64,000 nt of DNA from Pseudomonadota bacterium (GTDB lineage Bacteria > Pseudomonadota > Gammaproteobacteria > Steroidobacterales > Steroidobacteraceae). The notes under the pieces were generated by a model, which was not told where the DNA came from, did not search any database, and was given only the letters and a program-made list of their open reading frames with translations. Positions 41,915 through 51,896 of the stretch are shown here, in pieces. The number at the start of each line of letters is the position of its first letter. Position 1 is the stretch's first letter. Made by a program: the position numbers and the translations under genes. The DNA is taken from assembly GCA_023433515.1 (NCBI GenBank), contig JAEZCN010000191.1, positions 214 to 64,213 of the forward strand, given 5' to 3'.

Positions 41915-44011
41915 CTACCAGATCACGACCTTCTTGTCCCCACTGTTGACCATCGGGTCGCCTTCCTTGCAGCCGAACGCCTTGGCGAACGACTTCATGT
42001 TGGTCGGCGTGCCGTTGGCGCGCACGCGTCCCGGCGCGTGCGGATCCGAGGCGATGATCAGCTTGGTCAGCTCCGGCGTGTACTTCTCGCGCCAGGCCGC
42101 GGCGAAGCCGAGGAAGAACCGCTGGTCGCGCGTGAGGTTGTCGATCATCGGGTCGGGTTTGCCGGCGGACGCCATCTGCAAGGCATCGTAGGCGACGTTG
42201 AGTCCGCCGAGATCCGCGATGTTCTCGCCGAGCGTCAAGTTGCCGTTCACCTTCTCGGTGAGACCGGGCGCCGCGATGTAGTCGTTGTACTGGCTGACCA
42301 GCTTGCCGGTCAGCTTTTCGAAGCTCGCCGCGTCTTCCTTCGTCCACCACTGCTCGAAATTCCCCGACGGTCCGAAGCGCGAGCCCTGGTCGTCATAGCC
42401 GTGGATCAGCTCGTGGCCGATCACCATGCCGATCGCGCCGTAGTTCAACGCATCGTCGGCCTCGGGATCGAAGAAGGGCGGCTGCAGGATCGCCGCCGGG
42501 AACACGATCTCGTTCAACTGCGGGTTGTAATACGCGTTGACCGTCTGCGGCGTCATGTCCCATTCGGTCTTGTCGACGGGCTTGCCAATCTTGTCGAGCT
42601 TCCAGCGGTAGTTGAACGCCCGGGCCGCGGCGACGTTGCCGTACAGGCTGTCGCGGCCGGTAGTGAGGCCCGTCCAGTCGCGCCACTTGTCGGGATAGCC
42701 GATCTTGGTGTTGAACGCGCCCCATTTCTCCATCGCCTTCTTCTTCGTGGCGTCACTCATCCACGAAAGGTTCTCGATGCGCACTTTCAAGGCGGCGCGC
42801 AGGTTGTCGACGAGCTGCTCCATCTGCGCCTTCGAAGAGGCCGGGAACGCGACTTCGACGTAGCGCTGCCCCATCGCTTCGCCGACGGAGTTCTCGATCA
42901 TGCCCAGGACGCGTTTCCAGCGCGGCCGCTGTTCCTTCCGGCCCTGCAGCGTCTTGCCGTAGAACTCGAAGCTTTCGGTGACGAACGGTTCGCTGAGATA
43001 AGGCGCCGCGTCATCGAGCACCTTGAAGCGGAACCAGCTCTGCCACTGCGACACGGGCACGTCCGCGATCATCTTGCTCACTTCCTTGTGGAACGCGGGG
43101 ACGCCCAGCGAGAACCACTCGGGCGTCGCGACACCCTGCGACTCGAAGAACTTCGTCCACGGGAAGTTAGGCGCCAGCTTGTCCGCTTCGGCCATCTTCA
43201 CCGGGTGGTAGTAGAGCTCCACGTCGCGCGAGAGCTGCTCGCTCGACTTCGACGCCTTGGCCAGGCGCGTTTCGAACGCCAGCACCGCGGCCGCCTGCTT
43301 CGCGGCTTCGTCGGCCGGTGTGCCCGCCAGCTCGAACAGCTTCGCGATGTGCTTCACGTACGCTTCCCGGATCGGTTTCTTGTCCGCGAGTGTGTAGTAC
43401 GTGGAGTCGGGCAGCCCCAGGCCACCCTGGAAGGCCGATGCGATGTACATCGTGGAATTCTTGAAATCCGGTTCCCCGCCGAACGTGAACAGCGGGTTCT
43501 CGCCAGCCGCGGCGAGCTTCCGCAGATGCTCGGCAATGGAAGGTCCGTCGGCGAGCGCGTCGATGGCGGCGAAGCGGCTCTCGAGCGGCGTCAGCCCCGC
43601 CTCGTCGAGCTTCCGCTCGTCCATGCCCGTGGCCCAGAAGTCGCCGATGATTTTGTCGATGCCCGTGGCATCGGGTTCGGCGGCGATGCGTTCGGCGAGC
43701 TGCTGACGCACGCCCAATGAGCGGTTGTTCAGGACGAGGAATGCTCCCCAGGCCGGCTCGTCCGCGGGAATCTCATTCTCGCTCAGCCATTTGCCGTTCG
43801 CGTAGGCCCCCAGGTCCTTGCAGGCGTTCTGCGCCGGGTCCAGGTCCGTGGCGGCGAAGCGGATGGGCTGTTGCAGTTTGCTTTCGTCGAGCGCCCAGGC
43901 GGCGGGCGCGGCGGCTTTTTTCTCGTCGGCGGCGCGCTGGCAGCCGGCGAGCGCCAGCAGCACGGCTGCGGCAACGGACATCGACGTGAGGGATCGGCTC
44001 GTGACGGACAT
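41915..44011 (-). CDS. M13-family zinc metallopeptidase (PepO/endothelin-converting-enzyme-like) lipoprotein
   Basis: HExxH in VIGHELIHGYDDQG; ENIADLGG (ExxxD). The ATG at 44011 follows AGGAG. Signal MSVTSRSLTSMSVAAAVLLALAGCQ (lipobox). Confidence 0.9.
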   Translation of the reverse strand: MSVTSRSLTSMSVAAAVLLALAGCQRAADEKKAAAPAAWALDESKLQQPIRFAATDLDPAQNACKDLGAYANGKWLSENEIPADEPAWGAFLVLNNRSLGVRQQLAERIAAEPDATGIDKIIGDFWATGMDERKLDEAGLTPLESRFAAIDALADGPSIAEHLRKLAAAGENPLFTFGGEPDFKNSTMYIASAFQGGLGLPDSTYYTLADKKPIREAYVKHIAKLFELAGTPADEAAKQAAAVLAFETRLAKASKSSEQLSRDVELYYHPVKMAEADKLAPNFPWTKFFESQGVATPEWFSLGVPAFHKEVSKMIADVPVSQWQSWFRFKVLDDAAPYLSEPFVTESFEFYGKTLQGRKEQRPRWKRVLGMIENSVGEAMGQRYVEVAFPASSKAQMEQLVDNLRAALKVRIENLSWMSDATKKKAMEKWGAFNTKIGYPDKWRDWTGLTTGRDSLYGNVAAARAFNYRWKLDKIGKPVDKTEWDMTPQTVNAYYNPQLNEIVFPAAILQPPFFDPEADDALNYGAIGMVIGHELIHGYDDQGSRFGPSGNFEQWWTKEDAASFEKLTGKLVSQYNDYIAAPGLTEKVNGNLTLGENIADLGGLNVAYDALQMASAGKPDPMIDNLTRDQRFFLGFAAAWREKYTPELTKLIIASDPHAPGRVRANGTPTNMKSFAKAFGCKEGDPMVNSGDKKVVIW

Positions 44012-44148
44012 GAACGGCTCCTGCGGGAAATTGCTGGGGTGAAGACTAGCGCGCAGTCCCACCGGTTCCTGCCGGATTCGCCCAGCCGTGCGGTGAACCG
44101 ATGTGCGCGGCGCGGAGCCCGCCGCGGAGCCCGCCGCAGCATGCCCGG

Positions 44149-44475
44149 ATGCTGACTCGCAGACAGTTTGCCGAGGCCGCGGGTGCCGTGCTCGCCTTCG
44201 GGACAGGGAGCGCGGCGGCGCCCACGTGGCGCGAGCGTCGTGAGTCGTATCCGCAGGGGGTTGCCTCGGGGGATCCCGCGCCGGAGAGCGTGATTCTGTG
44301 GACGCGGCGTCAGCCGGCGGAAGGTGATTCGCGCACCGCCTATCTACTTACCGTGGAAGTCGCGAAGGACCCGGCATTCCGAGAAGTCGTCGTGCGCGGC
44401 AAGGCCGAGGTCACCTCCGATACCGACTGGACCTGCCGCTTCATGGCGGCCGGGCTCAGCCCCGCGACCGAGTAC
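44149..44475 (+). pseudogene. N-terminal remnant (~109 codons) of a Tat-exported alkaline phosphatase D (PhoD)
   Basis: MLTRRQFAEAAGAVLAFG (twin-Arg signal), YPQGVASGDPAPESVILWTRRQP...DPAFREVV..GKAEVTSDTDWTCRFMAAGLSPATEY. Similarity ends here, before the metallophosphatase domain, and the frame runs into the FkbM gene region. Confidence 0.6.
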
Positions 44476-44584
44476 TGCCGACCGTCGTCGAAGGAGACGC
44501 GGGCTATTCGCTTTGATCCGAGTCGACCTGCACAGCAAGTCGTCGTAGCATGCGCCGCGACATCCGCACTCGCTTGCACCTGCC

Positions 44585-46006
44585 ATGACATCGACTACCC
44601 AACTGGAAATGATCGACGGCGTCCGGGTCGTCGTTCCCGACTCACTCGACCTGATCACCTGCTACGTTCTGAAGGAGCAGCAGGACTGGTTCGAAGACGA
44701 AATCAAGTTTCTAAGGCGGCTGCTGCAACCGGGCCAGCGGATCATCGACATTGGCGCCAACCTCGGCGTGTACACACTCTCGATGGCGCGAACCGTCGGG
44801 CCGACGGGGCGTGTCTGGGCTTTCGAGCCGGCCTCGTCCACGGCCGGGCTGTTGGCCCAAGGCATTGCGGCCAACGGGTTCGGTCACGTGGTGCTCGAGC
44901 AGTGCGCGTTGTCTTCCGAGAGCGGCACCCTGCGCCTCACGCTGAACGACCAGTCGGAACTCAATTCGCTGGTGCGCGACGGGGAACCATCGGGCGCGAG
45001 CGAAGAGGTGCAGGTATCGACTCTCGACGAGTGCCGCGAGCGCCATGGCTGGCGGGACATCGCCTTCATCAAGATCGACGCCGAAGGGGAAGAGCGCAAC
45101 ATCCTGAACGGCGGCAAGCGGTTCCTGGCCGAGGAATCGCCACTGATCCAGTACGAAGTCAAAGCCGGAACGCAGGTGCACATGGAGCTCGTCGATCACT
45201 TCGCCGCGCTCGGCTATCCCTCGTATCGGCTGGTTCCCGGGCTTGGCATCCTGGCGCCGTTCGACCGCGCGGCCAGACCCGATACCTATCTACTCAATCT
45301 CTTCGCATGCAAGCAGGATCGAGCCGACGCGCTCGCCAAACAGGGCTTCCTGACGCAAGGCACCGCAGCGGCGACGCAGGCGAGGGGCGGGGGCTTGTCC
45401 GCGATGTGGAGCCGGATCACGTCGCGCGTGGCATACGACTGGCATACGACGCTGATGCGCCTGCCTTACGGCAAGCAACTCGCCGGCCTCTGGAAATCGA
45501 CCATGAAGGATTCCGACGACAGCTCCGAGGTCGCGGAAGCGCTGCATGACTACGCGATGAGCCGCGATGCGGATTTGCCCGCAAGCCAGCGCTTTGCTGC
45601 TCTGAGCAAGAGCGTCGGCGCGTTCAGATCGCTGGCCGGGCGTGGGTCGAGAGGATTGCGCCTGGCGAGCCTCGCGCGCGCGGCAGCGGACCTGGGCGAG
45701 CGCTCGCTTGCGATCGAGGCGCTGCAGCGGCTCGGCACGGAAGTGAACGAGAAGAAGCAGGTGGATCTCGCTGAGCCATTTCTCGTACCTTCGGCACGCT
45801 TCGACACCATCGTGCCGGGCGATTCGATCGGCGACTGGGTCATGGCGGCGACGATGGAAGAGCTCGAGCGGCTCGGCGCGTTCTCTTCTTTTTATACGCG
45901 CCAGACGACCCTGCCGCGATTGGACGCGCTTCGCGCCATGGGCTTCGCGAGCCCCGAGATGCAGCGCCGCGCGGCGCTGATCCGGCAACGCTTCGCCCTT
46001 GGCTGA
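44585..46006 (+). CDS. FkbM-family SAM-dependent methyltransferase with a ~240-aa helical C-terminal extension
   Basis: IIDIGANLGVYTLSMARTVGPTGRVWAFEP...IAFIKIDAEGEERNILNGG is the FkbM signature. Confidence 0.85.
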   Translation: MTSTTQLEMIDGVRVVVPDSLDLITCYVLKEQQDWFEDEIKFLRRLLQPGQRIIDIGANLGVYTLSMARTVGPTGRVWAFEPASSTAGLLAQGIAANGFGHVVLEQCALSSESGTLRLTLNDQSELNSLVRDGEPSGASEEVQVSTLDECRERHGWRDIAFIKIDAEGEERNILNGGKRFLAEESPLIQYEVKAGTQVHMELVDHFAALGYPSYRLVPGLGILAPFDRAARPDTYLLNLFACKQDRADALAKQGFLTQGTAAATQARGGGLSAMWSRITSRVAYDWHTTLMRLPYGKQLAGLWKSTMKDSDDSSEVAEALHDYAMSRDADLPASQRFAALSKSVGAFRSLAGRGSRGLRLASLARAAADLGERSLAIEALQRLGTEVNEKKQVDLAEPFLVPSARFDTIVPGDSIGDWVMAATMEELERLGAFSSFYTRQTTLPRLDALRAMGFASPEMQRRAALIRQRFALG

Positions 46007-46050
46007 CGCGGGCTGACGTGGGCTGACGTGGGCTGACGTGGGCTGACGGG
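46001..46050. repeat. Tandem repeat, 5 copies of a 10-bp unit GGCTGACG(C/T/G)G
   Basis: ggctgacgcg ggctgacgtg ggctgacgtg ggctgacgtg ggctgacggg. The first unit contains the FkbM stop codon (TGA at 46004-46006). Confidence 0.95.
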
Positions 46051-46165
46051 TTCGAGGAATCGAACTAACTAAAGGATCGGGCAGGGGCCGGCACAGCCGC
46101 TGTCCCGTTCCCGGGATACGCCTCGCCGGCTTGAGCGCCTGCTCGCGCCAGCGCATAGTCGGCTC

Positions 46166-47098
46166 ATGGCCCGGTTCATCAGGCACGTGGCGACGACCGT
46201 GTTGGTAGCGGGCGCGTTATTGGTGGCCATACCGGCGCATGCCTGCGAGCCCCTCGAGTCCGACACTCCCAGTGTCGCGGGTGAAACGCGAAAAGACAGC
46301 GCCGGCCGCGCCGTTGCCCGCATCAACATCAACGGCCAGGGCCCGTTCCGCTTCATCATCGACACCGGCGCGAATCGCTCGGTGCTCTCCAGGTCGCTCG
46401 CCACGCGCCTTGGCCTGACGCCTTCGGGCGAAGACGTGGTGCATTCGATCGTCGGCCCCGAGTCCGCAACACTCGTGCACGTCGATTCGCTCTCGTTCGG
46501 TTCGCTTCGCCTGTCGCAAGGCGACACGCCCGTGCTCGACGGTCCGATGCTCGACGGCGAACACGGTTTGCTCGGTGTAGACGGCATGGCCGGGCGCCTG
46601 CTGCACCTCGACTTCGACAAGCGTTGTGTAGCTATCTACGAGAGCGCCGCTCAATTGACGATGAAAGGCTGGCTGAGTGTGCCGGCGCAACTGCGATTCG
46701 GTTCGCTGTTGCTGGTGGAGGGAGGGATCGTCGGCGTGCGCGTCAACGTGTTGATCGACACGGGCTCGGACATCTCGATCGGCAACGAGCGTTTCCGCGA
46801 GGCCCTGCGCGACGTCGCGGCACGATCGATCGAATACCGCGACGGGCACGCCTTCACATTCGGCCGACCCCTGCTGCTCGAGGAGAGTGTCTGGACGCCG
46901 TCCCTGCGCCTCGGCCGCACGGTCGTCGACGGTGTGCACGCATACATCGGCAACTTCCATATCTTCGATGTCTGGGGCCTGCAGGACGAGCCGACCGTGC
47001 TCATCGGCATGGACGTGCTCGCCCAATCGCGCGAGATGGCGATCGACTACCAGCGCGGCGTCGTGCACTTCCGCAAGCGCCCGCGCGGCTACCAGTGA
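46166..47098 (+). CDS. Retropepsin-like (clan AA) aspartic protease, two-lobed, exported
   Basis: Two D(T/S)G active-site motifs, FRFIIDTGANRSVL and VLIDTGSDISIG. Signal MARFIRHVATTVLVAGALLVAIPAHA. Confidence 0.75.
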   Translation: MARFIRHVATTVLVAGALLVAIPAHACEPLESDTPSVAGETRKDSAGRAVARININGQGPFRFIIDTGANRSVLSRSLATRLGLTPSGEDVVHSIVGPESATLVHVDSLSFGSLRLSQGDTPVLDGPMLDGEHGLLGVDGMAGRLLHLDFDKRCVAIYESAAQLTMKGWLSVPAQLRFGSLLLVEGGIVGVRVNVLIDTGSDISIGNERFREALRDVAARSIEYRDGHAFTFGRPLLLEESVWTPSLRLGRTVVDGVHAYIGNFHIFDVWGLQDEPTVLIGMDVLAQSREMAIDYQRGVVHFRKRPRGYQ

Positions 47099-47176
47099 GG
47101 CCCGCATCACCCTTGTGACGCGGCCGGTTGACCTCTTCGCGTGGTTAGGGCAAATGAGTATTCGACACCTGCCTTG

Positions 47177-48091
47177 ATGAGATGGTGGAGGGGCCTCTTG
47201 TCGATCTCGTTCAATGAATTCTTGCCGCGCGTCCTGGCCGGCCTGCTGCTGGCGCTGTCTCTATCTACCGCGGCGGCGGAGAAGAAGGTGAAGTACGTGC
47301 CGCCCCCGGGCTTCGACGGCAGAACCTGGGGCGAGCTGCGCAGTACCTTCAACCGCCTTCCCGCCGAACCCATCGGCGTGGGCGCGGGATTCATCGTGCC
47401 GGTGCAGAAGCAAGCCGCATTCACCTGCGTTCCGGGGCGCCCGGGCGGCGGCCCGATGAGCGGCGCCGTCGACGGTTGCGACTTCCACGCCACGTTGCAG
47501 CGGATCTACCGGGATTACGAGGGCGGTGGATTCTACGTCCTCTCCGAGTACCTCATCCCCGGCCAGGGATTTCGCTGGGGCGACAAGCAGACCGGCGTGG
47601 TACTGCATCCGATCGTGTGGCAGTTCTGCGCGAACTGGAAAGGCTCGGTGAAAAAGAAGGAGCCCCCGCCGGACTTCGCCGACATCAACAAGTTCTGCGG
47701 CATGCGACTCGAGTTCCAGAGCGAGTCGCGCGAGGAGCTCGTCAAACTACCAGCGGATCACGTGACGGTTTACGACCGCGCGCTCGACCAGCTCGTGGCC
47801 AAGTACGGCAGGCCGCGGGGCTACCTGCGCCGCGGGCAGGTGATCATCGAGACCGAAGAGGGCACGTCGACGCAGGCCTCGGAGCGCAAGTTCAGCATCT
47901 ACCGCTGGTGCCCCGCCACGGGCAACGGCCTGCACACCGACTGCGCAGCAAGTGTCGTGTTGACCATAAACCCGGCCACGGGTCGCGGAATGGTGCTGTA
48001 TTCCACGCCGATGGTCTGGGAATACGCCTATGCGCGCGACACCAACAAGCGGGGCGACCCGCTGTACCGCATCCTGCACGCGCGGCGCTGA
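47177..48091 (+). CDS. Hypothetical exported protein (304 aa)
   Basis: The ATG at 47177 gives MRWWRGLLSISFNEFLPRVLAGLLLALSLSTAAA. Several Cys residues. No recognisable family motif. Confidence 0.55.
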   Translation: MRWWRGLLSISFNEFLPRVLAGLLLALSLSTAAAEKKVKYVPPPGFDGRTWGELRSTFNRLPAEPIGVGAGFIVPVQKQAAFTCVPGRPGGGPMSGAVDGCDFHATLQRIYRDYEGGGFYVLSEYLIPGQGFRWGDKQTGVVLHPIVWQFCANWKGSVKKKEPPPDFADINKFCGMRLEFQSESREELVKLPADHVTVYDRALDQLVAKYGRPRGYLRRGQVIIETEEGTSTQASERKFSIYRWCPATGNGLHTDCAASVVLTINPATGRGMVLYSTPMVWEYAYARDTNKRGDPLYRILHARR

Positions 48092-48168
48092 CCTGGAGTA
48101 GTTCGGCTGTCACGATCGGGCGGCGGGGGGCAAGGGCTAATAGCTGGCAGATCCCGCAGGGACTCTTG

Positions 48169-49155
48169 CTAACAGGGTTCCAGCTCTTTGGCTGCCTGCT
48201 TTCCGGCCCGATGGTACCCCTTGTACCCGATCTCCCGCGCAAGCTCGCTGCGGAAATCCTGGTTCGCCGCAACGCGCGCCAGCGCCGTGCGGAAATCGTA
48301 CACCGGCTTCCAGCCTAACTTCTCGCGCGCGCGGTCGTTGACGTACACGCGGTCGAGGATAGGCAGCATCTTCCAGCCGCGCGCGGCGTAGGCGCTGGCG
48401 AACTCCGGCACGTGGCGCGCGAGCACCGCCGGCGCGTCGCGGCCCAGCTCCGCCAGGTCCTCGCGCGTGAACGGCGAAGTGGCGGAGATGATGAACTTGT
48501 CGAACCCCAGCTCCGGCGCGCGCGCGATGGCGAGCAGGTGCGAGCTCACCACGTCTTCCACGTCCACCCGGCGGTAGAGCAGCTCGTTGAGCTTGAGGTT
48601 GGCGTCCTCGTACTCCGAGGCGCGCTCTGGCACGTCGTCGTTCTCCGGAAAGAACCGCGAGGTGCGCAACACCAGGCAGGGTAGTTTGTGATTGCGGTGG
48701 AAGAGCTTGCACAGATCTTCCGCCGCGGTCTTGGTCACGCCATAGATGTTCTTCGGCTGCGGCACCACTTCTTCCGTGATCCACGCGGCCGGCGCTCCGG
48801 GCGGCGGCGTGAGCGCATCGCCGAACGTGCTCGTGGTGCTGGTGAAGATGAACGAGCGCACCTCGTTGGCGACCGCGGCCTCGAGAAGATTCAGCGTGCC
48901 GGTGATGTTCGTGTCGACGAAGGCCTGGCGCGGATGCGTGGCTACGTGCGGCTTGTGCAGCGTGGCCGCGTGAAACACCACATCCACGCCGCGCATGCAC
49001 CTGTCCACGAACGCGCGATCGGAGATGGAGCCCGTCACGTGCGTGAAGGGCGAGGGCAATACGTCCACACCCAGCGCCTCGTGCCCGTGCGCCGGCAGTG
49101 TACGCATGAGCGCTTCGCCGAGGTGGCCGGCGCTTCCCGTAACCAGAATCTTCAT
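48169..49155 (-). CDS. NAD-dependent epimerase/dehydratase family protein
   Basis: MKILVTGSAGHLGEALMRTL (GxxGxxG). The YxxxK region is in IYGVTKTAAEDL. Confidence 0.85.
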   Translation of the reverse strand: MKILVTGSAGHLGEALMRTLPAHGHEALGVDVLPSPFTHVTGSISDRAFVDRCMRGVDVVFHAATLHKPHVATHPRQAFVDTNITGTLNLLEAAVANEVRSFIFTSTTSTFGDALTPPPGAPAAWITEEVVPQPKNIYGVTKTAAEDLCKLFHRNHKLPCLVLRTSRFFPENDDVPERASEYEDANLKLNELLYRRVDVEDVVSSHLLAIARAPELGFDKFIISATSPFTREDLAELGRDAPAVLARHVPEFASAYAARGWKMLPILDRVYVNDRAREKLGWKPVYDFRTALARVAANQDFRSELAREIGYKGYHRAGKQAAKELEPC

Positions 49156-49185
49156 GGGCCCGCCGACTGACTGGATGAGTCGGGC

Positions 49186-50019
49186 CTACGCCAGCGCCTT
49201 CTTGAACCGCGCGAGCTTCCGCTCCCACCCTCGCTCGGCCGCCGCCGCATTGTGATTCTGCGAATCCGGCGGCATCCAGCCGTGATTCGCGCCCTCGTAC
49301 ACCTCGATCTCCGCCGTGACCTTTGCGTCGTCGAACGCCTTGCGCAGGATGTCCTTCGACGTCGGGTCCTTCTGATCGTCGTTGTCCGCGATCGCGACCA
49401 GCATGCTGGCCTTCATCTTCGGAATCAGCAGGTGCGGACTGTCGTCGTTCGTCGTGGTCAATCCACCGCCGTGGAACGAGCAGCCGGCGCCGATGCGCTC
49501 CGGCAGCGATGCCGCGGTGCGGAACACGATGGGCCCGCCCATGCAGTAGCCGGTCGTGCCGATCTTGCGTTTCGTGTCGACGGCCTTCTGCTCATCGAGC
49601 CAGGCCACGAAGGCCTTCGCATCGGAGAAATGCGTGGTGGGACTCAACGTGCGCGCATAGCTGAACGCGTCCTCGCGGCTCGCGGGCTGTCCTTTGACGG
49701 AGCGGTAGAAAGGATTGACCGTGAGTACGGCGTAGCCCGCTTCCGCGAGCCGCTTGCCCATCGCGCGGAACGCGGGGCGAAGTCCGAAGATGTCAGGCCA
49801 TACCAGCACGGCGGCAGTCGCCTGGGCCGGATGCACGAAGTGCGCATCGCAGACGCCATCGGGCGTTTTGATCTCGACTTCGGATTCCGTGACGTCGGCG
49901 GCCGAAGCGATCCTGGGGAGCATCGCCGCCAGCGACGCACCGAGACCCAGCGTGCCGAACTGGCGGCGCGAGAGCTCGTTGCCGCGCAGGATGTCGTCGT
50001 TCGAATCGCGCTCGCACAT
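49186..50019 (-). CDS. Dienelactone hydrolase family protein with a Tat-type signal
   Basis: LSRRQFGTLGLGASLAAMLPRIASA. GTTGYCMGG (nucleophile Cys elbow, as in DLH). ANHGW near the C-terminus. Confidence 0.85.
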   Translation of the reverse strand: MCERDSNDDILRGNELSRRQFGTLGLGASLAAMLPRIASAADVTESEVEIKTPDGVCDAHFVHPAQATAAVLVWPDIFGLRPAFRAMGKRLAEAGYAVLTVNPFYRSVKGQPASREDAFSYARTLSPTTHFSDAKAFVAWLDEQKAVDTKRKIGTTGYCMGGPIVFRTAASLPERIGAGCSFHGGGLTTTNDDSPHLLIPKMKASMLVAIADNDDQKDPTSKDILRKAFDDAKVTAEIEVYEGANHGWMPPDSQNHNAAAAERGWERKLARFKKALA

Positions 50020-50168
50020 GACAGGCCCCCATGAGAATGGTTGGTGGGCTGCGATTCTAGCGGGCCCTCACAATGATACGGAAATCGAACTTGCACGCCG
50101 TCGAATCGGAATGCCGATCGCCGCAATCGGCCCCCTAGAATGTTTGCGTTACACACGCAGGGGGCCAC

Positions 50169-51866
50169 ATGAGCGATTCGAAGAAGCGCGCGGGACTCAC
50201 TCGCCGCGAGGCGCTGATTCTTTCTTCCACCGCGGGCGCGGGACTTGCGGCGACGAACTTCGCCGCTGCGTCTGACAGCACCAAGACGGCGGCTCATCAA
50301 GGCCCTGGAAATCTGACCACGCCACGTTCGGCCATCGCGAAAACACAGTACGGCAAAGTGCGCGGCTACCTGGACGGCGGTGTCTTCACGTTCAAAGGCA
50401 TCCCGTACGGCCAGACCACCGCCGGTGAGAATCGCTGGCTCCCCGCGAAACCGCCGACCCCCTGGTCGGACGAATATCCCGCGTTGATCTACGGCGCGAA
50501 CTGCCCGCAGAACACACATCCGTGGACGAGCATCGAACAGACGTTCATCCAGGACTGGGACGACGGCTGGATGAGCGAGGACATGCTCAAGCTCAACATC
50601 TGGACGCCGAGCCTGAGCGGCAAGCGCCCCGTGATGGTCTATTTCCACGGCGGCGGCTTCAGCTTCGGCTCCTCGTACGAACTGCCTTCGCACGAAGGCG
50701 CGCAGATGGCGCGGCATCACGATGTGGTGCAGGTTTCCGTCAATCATCGCCTGAACATTCTCGGGTTCTTCGATGCGGCGGAGGTCGGTGGGTCCGCCTA
50801 CGAAGATTCCGCCAACGTCGGCATGACGGATCTCGTCGCGGCCTTGCGCTGGGTCCACGAGAACATCGCCAACTTCGGCGGCGATCCGGATCGCGTGATG
50901 ATCTACGGCCAATCCGGCGGTGGTTCGAAGGTGACGACGCTGATGGGCATGCCGTCCGCGTCGGGCCTGTTCCATCGCGCGGCCGCGATGTCGGGTGGCG
51001 GCGGAAACATCCCGAGCCGGGAACAGCAGCGCGAGCTCGCGCGGCAGACGATGAAAGAGTTAGGCCTCGCGCCGAACGACATCGCCGCGCTGCGGAAGGT
51101 GGAGTGGTCGAAGCTTTTCGCGGCGGGCAACGCGGCGGCGGCCAAGATCAATCCAGTCGGTCCCCCGATGGGTGGGCCGGGTGCACCGGGCACGCCGCGT
51201 GTCGGCTGGTCGCCCTGCGTCGATGGAAAGATCGTCAACATGCGCTCGTTCTTCAATGCCGCGCCCGAGATCTCGAAACACGTGCCGATGCTGATCGGCT
51301 CGGTGACCGAGGAAGGCAACATCATGTCGCGGCGGCCGACCGAGGACGAGTGGCGCGACAATCTCACGAAGACGTATGGAGCGGAGAAGGCCGTCGCCAT
51401 CATCGCCGCGCTCAAGAAGGCCTATCCACAGAAGAAGATTCGGACGCTGTCGTACATCTGCAGCGGACATCCGGGGCTCAACGGGCTCGCCATTCGCAAC
51501 AGGGTCGTGCAGATGGCGGGCTTCAAGCACGCGCTCAGCGCGGCGCCGGCGTACACGTACTATTTCACCTGGCAGACACCGATACTCGATGGCGAGCCAG
51601 GCGCGTGGCACACCGCGGAGCTCGCGTTCTGCTTCGACAACACGAAGCGCTGCGAGCAGGGCACCGGCAACACGCCCGAAGCCCAGGCACTCGCGAAGAA
51701 GATGGCGTCCTCGTGGGCGAAGTTCGCCGCGACGGGGAATCCCAGCATCCCCGGACTCGCCTGGCAACCCACCGATCCGGGCTCGAACCGGACGATGGTC
51801 TGGGACAACGAGAGCCGGATGGTGGACGACCCGGATGGTGAGGCGCGCAAGATCATTCTGTCCTAG
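50169..51866 (+). CDS. Type-B carboxylesterase/lipase family protein with a Tat-type signal
   Basis: GLTRREALILSSTAGAGLAATNFAAA. VMVYFHGGGFSFGS. IYGQSGGGSKV (GxSxG). Confidence 0.9.
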   Translation: MSDSKKRAGLTRREALILSSTAGAGLAATNFAAASDSTKTAAHQGPGNLTTPRSAIAKTQYGKVRGYLDGGVFTFKGIPYGQTTAGENRWLPAKPPTPWSDEYPALIYGANCPQNTHPWTSIEQTFIQDWDDGWMSEDMLKLNIWTPSLSGKRPVMVYFHGGGFSFGSSYELPSHEGAQMARHHDVVQVSVNHRLNILGFFDAAEVGGSAYEDSANVGMTDLVAALRWVHENIANFGGDPDRVMIYGQSGGGSKVTTLMGMPSASGLFHRAAAMSGGGGNIPSREQQRELARQTMKELGLAPNDIAALRKVEWSKLFAAGNAAAAKINPVGPPMGGPGAPGTPRVGWSPCVDGKIVNMRSFFNAAPEISKHVPMLIGSVTEEGNIMSRRPTEDEWRDNLTKTYGAEKAVAIIAALKKAYPQKKIRTLSYICSGHPGLNGLAIRNRVVQMAGFKHALSAAPAYTYYFTWQTPILDGEPGAWHTAELAFCFDNTKRCEQGTGNTPEAQALAKKMASSWAKFAATGNPSIPGLAWQPTDPGSNRTMVWDNESRMVDDPDGEARKIILS

Positions 51867-51896
51867 TCGTGGCGCCGGGCCACAGCAAATGAGGTC

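Noticed and set aside
42038-43720. 560-aa + strand ORF
   Set aside because: It is antisense to the M13 peptidase gene, which carries HExxH and ExxxD motifs.
44476-45549. Remainder of the 482-aa ORF 44101..45549
   Set aside because: Only the first ~125 codons are PhoD-like. The rest is off-frame overlap with the FkbM methyltransferase gene.
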